Shown here one piece after another: positions 50,858 through 60,094 of a stretch of 64,000 nucleotides of DNA. Below the pieces are notes generated by a model. It saw nothing but the letters and a program-made list of their open reading frames with translations, did no database searches and was not told the origin of the DNA. The number at the start of each line of letters is the position of its first letter. Positions within the stretch are counted from its first letter, which is position 1. A program made the translations under genes and the position numbers. This DNA is from Macrostomum lignano (taxonomy: Eukaryota): positions 666,638 to 730,637 of the forward strand of contig NIVC01000197.1 of NCBI GenBank assembly GCA_002269645.1, in the 5' to 3' direction.

Positions 50858-51825
50858 GCAAGGAAGGTAACCGAGCATTAACTAACTTACTCGAGTCTCA
50901 AGGACAATTACCAAGGTAATGTTAGAAATTGATCAATTTTATCTATACGTATACAAACTCTCGTATGCAAGGTCGATTCAAGATTAAAATTTTATGACCC
51001 TGGAATCTTTCACGCCGGTGCAGATCTCAGGAGGAGATAAAATGTCAACCCGGAAGCGATAAGTTCACTTATCAAAATGAATAGACATTGCATAACTGAT
51101 TGAAGACGGTCTGAGGAAGTAAGTTCGACCTTTGTTCAACCGCAGTTTGCTGTATATCCTTCACCTAATCTCCTAAAGTGTGCACCAACTAATCTAATTG
51201 ACTGTCTTATTGTCCTGTTTTTCGCTTATATATCTGTTTTCATGAGCTGACCAAGCTCAACCTTCAACTTTGAACTCTTGGGACGACAGCGAAAAAAACA
51301 AAAAAGCATCACGCAACCGGGCAAAACACTTTCAACAGAAACAGGTCTTTCATTCAGTACCGCCTGTGATCAGTAGGGTAGACAGTACGGCTGTCTCCGA
51401 GCAGAAAATTCAATCAGCATCTATAAAAATGGCTGCTTCATCGGACAGATTAATTTTAGCAAACACTCGCTGCCTTTCATTCCGTGTTCTATTCAATTTT
51501 GCCACTTTATCGATGCGTCTCGCAGAATCCTTGGGGATTTAGCAGATGATTTTTGCTTGTTCCAATCGCCTTGGAAATCTGAATGCGCAGTTCGCAACAG
51601 GTTTGCGTGCAATTCGGGCAGGTGCACTAGTTCGACTGGTTGTGTCATGTGACCTGAACTATAGCGATTCGTACGGTTGGAATATTGAGTTACACTACCC
51701 TGTCATGTCGCTTTTTATGTTGAAAGTTTCAAGCAAATCTTTGATCTGGGCAGGGGTAAGAGTTGCTTCTCTGTGAATAGTTGCGTAGACGTCCACAAGG
51801 ATCTGCAGCCCAAGCAAGTGAGTGT

Positions 51826-52524
51826 GGACAATGTGGGCAGTTGGTTAGTTATCCGTCATGGACAGTGTGGGCAGTTGGTTAGTTATCCGTCATGGACAGT
51901 GTGGGTAGTTGGTTAGTTATCCGTCATGGACAGTGTGGGCAGTTGGTTAGTTATCCGTCATGGACAGTGTGGGTAGTTGGTTAGTTATCCGTCATGGACA
52001 GTGTGGGTAGTTGGTTAGTTATCCGTCATGGACAGTGTGGGTAGTTGGTTAGTTATCCGTCATGGACAGTGTGGGCAGTTGGTTAGTTATCTGTCATGGA
52101 CAATGTGGGCAGTTGGTTAGTTATCCGTCATGGACAGTGTGGGCAGTTGGTTAGTTATCCGTCATGGACAGTGTGGGTAGTTGGTTAGTTATCCGTCATG
52201 GACAGTGTGGGTAGTTGGTTAGTTATCCGTCATGGACAGTGTGGGCAGTTGGTTAGTTATCCGTCATGGACAGTGTGGGTAGTTGGTTAGTTATCCGTCA
52301 TGGACAGTGTGGGCAGTTGGTTAGTTATCTGTCATGGACAGTGTGGGCAGTCGGTTAGTTATCCGTCAAGGACAGTGTGGGCAGTTGGTTAGTTATCCGT
52401 CATGGACAGTGTGGGCAGTCGGTTAGTTATCCGTCAAGGACAGTGTGGGCAGTTGGTTAGTTATCCGTCAAGGACAGTGTGGGCAGTTGGTTAGTTATCC
52501 GTCATGGACAGTGTGGGCAGTTGG
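51826..52524. repeat. 34-bp minisatellite (gacagtgtgggcagttggttagttatccgtcatg)
   Basis: About 20 units. Confidence 0.96.
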
Positions 52525-53027
52525 TTGTCCATCGAGAAGCACTGCTGGACTAAGACTTTTTTCGTTGTTGCGGCGTACGAGAGGCAAGTTTCCATTCTCT
52601 GTGATAAAAAAGGATTCTACACGTCAGTTTTTCGGACTGAAGAAATCATTTTTCAACACTCAGGACCCGAAAAGCCAGAAAAAATATGAGCAGGTGCGGC
52701 CAAATCCAGCCTTCAGTCAGTCATCCGCTTCCAAACTCGGTTTGTTCCGGTTCGGAGAGCCGGAAAAAATCAAAATTCGAAAAATCCAATCAGATGAAAC
52801 TCGCAAGGTCTCCGATTTTGACTTCTAAAGATAAGGATTTGCTGCCCATCGCAGAATCGAATCACGCAGAAAACTCTCCAAACTGGGCTCCGTCGTCACT
52901 GGGCCATTTCCTCTTTCTCACGGGATTGTTTGTCACCATGAGCAAACTCGAGGGGGGAGATTAAACTGATTGGACGGTCAACTCCCACCTGGCCAGTTTT
53001 TCTCTCGGGTGCTCTCTCGATCGCGCT

Positions 53028-53035
53028 TATAAATA
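53028..53035 (+). promoter_or_regulatory. Probable TATA box of peptide precursor 1
   Basis: TATAAATA lies ~30 nt before a likely non-coding first exon ending GAG|GTAAGC at 53100; the acceptor CGCAG ends at 53295. Confidence 0.6.
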
Positions 53036-53328
53036 GAAGAGCAGCGGAGATGGGCTGATCGGATCATTTTTGGTTCGGACGAAATCAATCGACGCTGGAG
53101 GTAAGCGTTGCTCATTTTTAAGCTTTGGAGACAGATTCAAGGCAAGCTTGCTAGGCCAAGAATTTAGTTCTCTAAGTATTCCTTCTTGCCACGGTACTGG
53201 GAGTTGTCCGTGCCAAAACTCATTGCAGGATTTCTAAAACGTTTTAGACCTAAATGCACGGGGCGATTAATTTTCTTCCTTGATCCTTATCGCAGATTTC
53301 AAGCCACTTTTCAACGCGACGACAAAAA

Positions 53329-53733
53329 ATGCAGTCGCACATTTTCATCAGCCTGTGCCTTGGCCTGGCCGCGGCAACCGTCGCCGTGTCGGGTGCCTCC
53401 ATCGGCAACTACGAGATGTCGAAGCGGCAGACGGACGCCTGGAGCGGCCACAAGCTCGAGGTGCCGATCAAGTGGCGCAAGCGTGGCCCAGAGCTCATCA
53501 TTGACCGGCTAGACAAACGCGGCCCCGAGATGCTGCTCCAGCGCCACTTGTCTGGCAAGCGATTCCACAAGCGCGGCCCGGAGCTCATCATCGACCGGCT
53601 AGACAAGCGCGGCCCGGAGCTCATCATTGACCGGCTGGACAAACGTGGCCCCGAGATGCTGCTCCAGCGTCACTTGTCTGGCAAGCGATTCCACAAGCGC
53701 GGCCCAGAGCTCATCATCGACCGGCTGGACTGA
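53329..53733 (+). CDS. Secreted multi-copy (neuro)peptide precursor, 134 aa
   Basis: Signal peptide MQSHIFISLCLGLAAATVAVSG. KR/RKR-flanked peptides: QTDAWSGHKLEVPIKW, GPELIIDRLD x4, GPEMLLQRHLSG x2 (amidation Gly) and FH x2. GC3-rich codons, with only synonymous differences between repeats. Confidence 0.9.
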   Translation: MQSHIFISLCLGLAAATVAVSGASIGNYEMSKRQTDAWSGHKLEVPIKWRKRGPELIIDRLDKRGPEMLLQRHLSGKRFHKRGPELIIDRLDKRGPELIIDRLDKRGPEMLLQRHLSGKRFHKRGPELIIDRLD

Positions 53734-53826
53734 GCCAAAGCTGAGGCGCAGTGCTCACTATGACTTCGATGCTGGACACTGGTTTTTCCCTGCTTGTTTC
53801 ATCGTCTGGATCAGCTGGCAATTTAA

Positions 53827-53832
53827 AATAAA
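53827..53832 (+). terminator. Candidate polyadenylation signal (AATAAA) of precursor 1
   Basis: AATAAA ~95 nt after the stop codon. Confidence 0.45.
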
Positions 53833-56800
53833 TATACCCTTTAGCTTAAGGCATCGTGCTTGCACTTCTGATATACCATCTTGAGTGGCTGATAGCAAAA
53901 GCTAGACTGGTTCAGTAACAATTCACAAACATTAACGTGTGCCCATGAGCTATGCAACTTTTACTTAAAGAAGTCAGCAAACAAGCCACATATTCAAACA
54001 CTGCGAGTAGTGTATTTCTGGTGGTTACTCTGCGGTCAGTGTTACTGATTTTGTAAGGGGAGGGTCTGTAAAACTACAAAAAATATCGGCGGCTAAGGCT
54101 TTTAGTCACGGATAGCTCTGTCGGCCATCCGTTAAAAATTTACTTTTAACTTCATACGATAGAAAAACCTTCCGTAAAAGTGATTTTGTCACTGGACGAG
54201 TGACATTCAATGCAAACCTCGATGGGCCACTCAATACATTTGCATGCATGCTATTTTCAGTTCAGTAGTAAGTTAAACTGAACCATTTAAATGTATTTTT
54301 AAGACAAGACTCATTTATTTACTCTTACCCCCCTTAAACCCTCAAACTCCACACTGAACCTCTGCTTCAGTCTAAATCTGCCATGTACATTTTAGTGGCT
54401 AATGTACATTATGTCTAAATCTGCCATGTACATTTTAGTGGCTAATGTACATTATGGCTGAACCAATACCAATTAGCAAGCTGTTTACGCCTGCAAGCTT
54501 GGCTTCTAAACTTATCAGTCATTTCAGCTGCTATTCTTGTATGTATTATGTATTATGTATTGTGATAAATAGGCAATTAGATAATAGCATGCACGGTAAG
54601 CAATTAATTAGGCCCTAGACAAACCTACTTGGAGCGTTTGGAGATTTTAAAGCTATTAATCCTAATCGCCTATCGCCGGTCGGCGAGTTCTACCAGTCTT
54701 TCTCCAATAGCCGCAGGTACAGTACAAGAAAATAAAGAACACGAGAGAACACAAACCGAAAGATTTAGAGAGTGATAATCCTATATGATACAACTGATAA
54801 TTGGCTAGACGATTTAATTTGATTATTCAGGCTACAGGATTCAAGCAATTCGCGGCGCAGATAATTAGACTGATGATAACGAATAATAACGATTAATAAT
54901 AATGATTATATTACGCACTGACAAGCGGATCTCAGCTTGAAGAAGAAGAAGGAGGCACCGAACACAGGACCACGGAGAAAGACTCCTAACCCCTGGCCTA
55001 AGCCAGAACCTACTCTCAAACGAGAGCCCTGCCGAATCGACCGTTCAACGGAGTACCGACTGAATTCTATCGGCACTGCCCTTCAGTGTAACACTGAGGC
55101 CCTCGGGGTCGAGGCCGCGTACTTGATCAGATCCGACAGTCTCTATCTAACCGCGCTTGATAGCGACGACGTCAGACAAGGATGCCGAATCGTTACGCTA
55201 TAAGACTGAAGCGGTTGGGCGGGGAACAAAAACACGGACCGGGGGTGATGAATTCAGGCGCCTCAAAGCGCGAACCAACAAGAGAGGAGAAATCGGGCCA
55301 CCGGCCGGGAAGCTGGACAAGACAAAACCGGGGAAAGAGAGGCGAGAAGTGAGATCCGATTGCCAAATACACTTTCATATATAGTCAGAGTCACAAGCCC
55401 TCAAAACCCCCCTCAAGCCGGGTGGTGGTCGTCTGGCCGGCCGCTTGCTTAAGCCGAATTGCACCGTGCCCGCGGCGCCGGGTAGAATTGAAACTTGCCG
55501 CGTGCCAGGGTCCAGGCCGGTTCTGATTGGCTGGCCGCGCAAAGCTGGGGTTCGCAGACAAACTCAATCCTCCGCTGAGTCACAAATTTGGCGTCTAACT
55601 CTAACCTGTTTACACAAAATTGATTCTAACTAACAAGGAAAAAGTACACCAAAAACGTATGACTAAACTAAAGCAAAATAACAATTCAATAACAATATAG
55701 AAACGAATGCAGTCAATTTACAACAAAATACACGCAAAGATGCTCACACTACAGTATTCTTCTTTGCTACTGAACTGAAAGTAGAAAGCTGTTTTGCTAA
55801 TTATATATGCCTGAGTGGCCCATCTAGTTTTTCTAGTATCCGTGCACAAACCCGAGAAGTTATAAATGCCTCGAGAAAGTTTTCTAAAAATCTGCGAGGT
55901 CAGTTGGCATCGGATTAACAACGTCCGCCTGGAAGTCGGACTGGGAGACATTCGAATATTGAGCTAAGCATAGGCTAAGATGTAACAGAAACAGCTGGAA
56001 CGAGAAGGAATTGCATGTTATTTTAAAGAATAACTTAAGTCTTATTCAACTCCTAATCGCAAGATACTCAGGTCAGTTTTTACCGACTCACTGTGTGTCA
56101 AGATTGCCTGGCCAGGGTATGCTACTATACTCCCATTGACTGCAGCGGGTTGTTTTTGTTTCTGTACGCGTATCTTTCTTGCCACCAAACGCTTGGCTAG
56201 CTAAGTTGGGGCTCAGGAGCCCACAAATATATGGTAAAACTGGACGGCCGGCCTCCAGTCTTGGACACGTCTCATTCGTCTGTGCCACCTCGGGAGCCAC
56301 TTCCCATGGAAAATACTCGTAGCTACTCGAACACTTGCAATCTGACTTCGTCATCAGAAAGATCATCAGGGACCTCTTGCTTACTGCAACCGGTACCAGC
56401 TCTGCATTTCCTAAGGGAGTTTTTCAAGCGTAAAAAGCTTTGAGGTTACTTGCAGTAGTCACTTGCTAAAAGATACAAGCTATACTGTTGACTTTGCAGA
56501 GAAAATGTTTCCGCTTTTGCGCTTCTATTCGCTTAAAAATAATTTCATTTAAAGCAAGTCGTTTCGGAATTGAAGGGCTGGGAGATGTGCAAAAATAGTG
56601 AAGCAGAGGGTGCTTGTCCTCGTGCTCAATGGGGGCGGAGGCAGTTTTAGAGCAGTTTCCCTACTGCAACAGGCGATTGGCCCGGGAAGTGAAGGAGAGA
56701 AGGTCTACCATCCCCCAGTGCGACTTCTCCGAGGAATAAATTTCTCCAAAACGGGGCGCTGCGTGGGAGTCGCTGCTGTTGCTGTTTCTATCGCTGACAC

Positions 56801-57169
56801 TGCCGCGCGAGTTGCTCATCCGCCCTGCCTCTTTCTGCTAGCTGCAGCGAGTTCGAAGTATTGGGTAAGCTGCGACGCTTGATGAAAGTGGGGGGGGGGG
56901 GCGGGGAAGTCAGCGGCTGGTGCTTTCTAGATGAGCTGCAATTTCCAGAAAAGTTCTGACCCGGATGCAGCTCTGCACTATTGAACTTTGGACAGTTAAT
57001 CCGAAAAATTGCTTTACTGCTGTTTTAAGGCTAGAAAAGAGCTGGCTTGCAAAAATAACCTGCAAAAACATGGCAGTGTGAAACAAGCTGATTTATGCTT
57101 TGATTGACCTCGCATGACCTCACATAAATAAAAAGCGACGAAAAATTAGCCCCATATATCAAAACGTTT

Positions 57170-57558
57170 TTTGAGTATGCGCATCCGTGATCCCAAGAAG
57201 CAGTTTAGAATGTGCATCCGTGATCCCAAGATGCAGTTTAGAATGTGCATCCGTGATCCCAAGATGCAGTTTAGAATGTGCATCCGTGATCCCAAGATGC
57301 AGTTTAGAATGCGCATCCGTGATCCCAAGAAGCAGTTTCGAATATGCATCCGTGATCCCAAGATGCAGTTTAGAATGTGCATCCGTGATCCCAAGAAGCA
57401 GTTTAGAATGCGCATCCGTGATCCCAAGATGCAGTTTAGAATGCGCATCCGTGACCCCAGATGCAGTTTAGAATGCGCATCCGTGATCCCAAGATGCAGT
57501 TTAGAATGCGCATCCGTGATCCCAAGAAGCAGTTTAGAATGTGCATCCGTGATCCTAA
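57170..57558. repeat. 33-bp minisatellite (gcatccgtgatcccaagatgcagtttagaatgt)
   Basis: About 12 units, just upstream of the acceptor for precursor 2. Confidence 0.95.
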
Positions 57559-57610
57559 ATGTATGATCTTAAATTTCCTCTTATCCATTGCCTCAGCAGG
57601 CAAAAGGAAA

Positions 57611-57901
57611 ATGTCAGCTTGGCTCCCAGTTCTCTTGGGCCTAGTGCTCCTTGTCACTGTGTCAGCTGCTCCGGCCGCCAACGCCGACAAGCTTCAGGCT
57701 GCCTCGGGCCATCGGATGAAGCGGCAGACGGACGCGTGGAACGGGCACATCATCGATCTTGGCCGCAAACGTCGCCGCTGGACCAGCAGCGAAGCCGTCG
57801 TCGAATCGCCGCGTTGGCGTCGCGTCCCCTCGCGCTTGGGACCGCGCCGCGGATGGCTGCACGACAACGACGGCGACCTCTTGGTTATGGAAGACTATTG
57901 A
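57611..57901 (+). CDS. Secreted peptide precursor 2, 96 aa, paralog of precursor 1
   Basis: Signal peptide MSAWLPVLLGLVLLVTVSA; KR-QTDAWNGHIIDLG-RKRRR, predicting pQTDAWNGHIIDL-amide. Acceptor CTCAG ends at 57596; candidate donor of a non-coding exon at 56864 (GTAAGC). Confidence 0.82.
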   Translation: MSAWLPVLLGLVLLVTVSAAPAANADKLQAASGHRMKRQTDAWNGHIIDLGRKRRRWTSSEAVVESPRWRRVPSRLGPRRGWLHDNDGDLLVMEDY

Positions 57902-58374
57902 AAGAGACTGTCCTGAGCACTAAGGGCTAAAATATATCAATTAAGCATTGCAGATGGCTTAGAAATAGAATCGGATAAATGTGATCTCTTCTGACAGAAC
58001 CGATCGGCTTTGTTGTTGTTCGAATTTGCTCGAGTCGAGTTCTGCAGATTCTCATCGCTGATGCCATTGTGTGCTCAAGGCTTTACCTGAGTAATTGCAG
58101 TCAGATAATTCACAATCTCCAGTGTCTGAAATCAACTCGAGCATGAATTGCAACTCGTTAGCGAGAGTACCATTGTCACTGCAAGTCGCTATTGTCAGTG
58201 TTAGACTGCTGTTATCAATAGAACTCTGATATTTTTGGCCCGCTGGATACATTTTTTATGAGTATTTTTCATCCCTGGAAAGTCAGGCGTGAAAATGGGG
58301 ATGCCAGCTTTGCAAGCCAAGGGTTTCCTATGGTTCCAGCTATACGAGTGCTGACAGCCTTGAATGCAGCGCAA

Positions 58375-58590
58375 TAGAGGGGCAGAACAGCTCAGCGGTA
58401 ACGACTGACTCTCGCGCCACCGACCCCTGGTTCGATTCCGTGCGCGGCCCGCATTCATTGGGGGCTTGTCGTGGAAAGTCAAAGAGCCGCTGTGCACCCT
58501 GTGTGAGCGTGTGCATGAGGGCGTGCCTGCGTACAGTATTGGCGCCCAAAACAGCGAAGCAATGAACGCAAGTTCTCAATGAATACAAGA
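58375..58590 (+). mobile_element. tRNA-derived SINE, family 2
   Basis: A-box-like AGCTCAGCGGTA, B box GGTTCGATTCC, and body gccgctgtgcaccctgtgtgagcgtgtg shared with the copies at 60.4-60.8 kb. Confidence 0.7.
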
Positions 58591-59137
58591 ACAGATCCAA
58601 TGTCAGGAGTGCAAGATGGCGATGTCCAAAAATAACATTGCTCCAGTATGCTCGCAGTCTCAGTCAACAATAGGACACTTGCATGTTTACACTGAGAAAG
58701 CTGGTGAAGAGGTCCGCAAGTGACTATCATTTTACCGACGCGGATGCCCCCGGACATAGCTACTCACTACGCGAAAGGAACTTCTGTATACCTCAGGCCT
58801 CTGCGATGATTCTTCAAATTTGCAGTAAACTGCTCATACATGTAGTGAAGCGTCCTTCAAAGCGACCTGCTGCTCCATCGGCAACTCCAGCTGACGCTGA
58901 CGCTGCAGGCACCCTATTCACCGACTGCCTGCTGGCTGTGATTCTTACGATTCTTCGGTTTAAGACGCGTCTTGTGATGTTGTTTGTAAAGATATTCTAT
59001 ATTGTTTTCTAATTACCGGTATATTTTCAACGGCCTACTTTGCTGTTGCATTTTGCACCAAGAGCAGTAAAGTGTTAGAAACACTGAGTAGCTGTCACGG
59101 TACTGCCACACTACCCCTTGATGCTCACTCCCTTTTT

Positions 59138-59138
<1 letters not shown>

Positions 59139-59173
<35 letters not shown>

Positions 59174-59425
59174 CTCTTTCTCTCTCTCTCCTCTCTCTCT
59201 TTCCCTCTCTCTCTCTCGGTTCGATCTTATTCTTATGCTCGTAGAAGCCCCTTCGGGTCATCAACCGATAACTAAAGTTAGTGACAACCTAGCCTAACCT
59301 AACCTTACCTAACCTAATCTAACCTAACTTAACCTAACCTTACCTTACCTTACCTAACCTTACCTTACCTTACCTTACCTTACCTTACCTTACCTTACCT
59401 TACCTTACCTTACCTAAACGAACCT
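59139..59425. repeat. (CT)n tract at 59139-59217 and (CCTAA)/(CCTTA)n pentamer tract at 59288-59425
   Basis: Directly visible. Confidence 0.9.
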
Positions 59426-60094
59426 AACTCGGATTGCAGGTCAACTGGCCTCTATCCAATTCAAAGACATGACATTGACTGCTACGGTAGGCCGGCAACG
59501 GTCTGCAGCTAATTAAAAAAAGCCAAACCTACGTGAGACTCTCAGCTGTGAGGGTCTCATGTGGCCGGGCGAAATTTTGAGTTGGCCAAAAAATTCTTGA
59601 AAGCAATTATTAAAAAATAGAAGACGAGGGGGCACTTGGAGAGAGATGAAGAGCATTGAGCCAACTGCTGATGAGGCTCGCGGAGGCGGCTGAAGATGCT
59701 CGGAAAATTTGCTGCCCGAGGGAGGCTCTTGCGACTTGGCAACACGAAAGCCGCCTCATCAGTAAAGTTGGCCTACAGAAAACTAGAAGCTATTCGACAA
59801 GTTAATGCGAAATTTGTTTGCGCGTTAGAGAAATTTCTCCGTTTATCTATTTAGAAGACATTTCAAGGGCGCGAATTTCAGCACAAAAAATATTCAGTCT
59901 TTATCAGCTGCCGCGGCTGGGTGAAAAGCATAGCAAAGCCGCACATAAAAACTGGTACACGCTGCACCGCACCCTCCCCACGGTGTCCAGCTGGGCTTTG
60001 CTTGAACTGCTTTTTAACTTGACCTTGACCAGCCTCCAGACTAAGGCAGATTCGACTCTGCGCTCTCTCGCCTGGCTTTCTAAGCAAAGTAAAG

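Noticed and set aside
54370-54455. 43-bp direct duplication (a similar one occurs at ~22225-22290)
   Set aside because: It is a simple local tandem duplication with no further structure.
57461-57610. N-terminal 11-aa repeats (RIRDPKMQFRM) in the track ORF for precursor 2
   Set aside because: They come from the intronic 33-bp minisatellite, which is in frame by chance; the real start is the signal-peptide ATG at 57611 after the acceptor.
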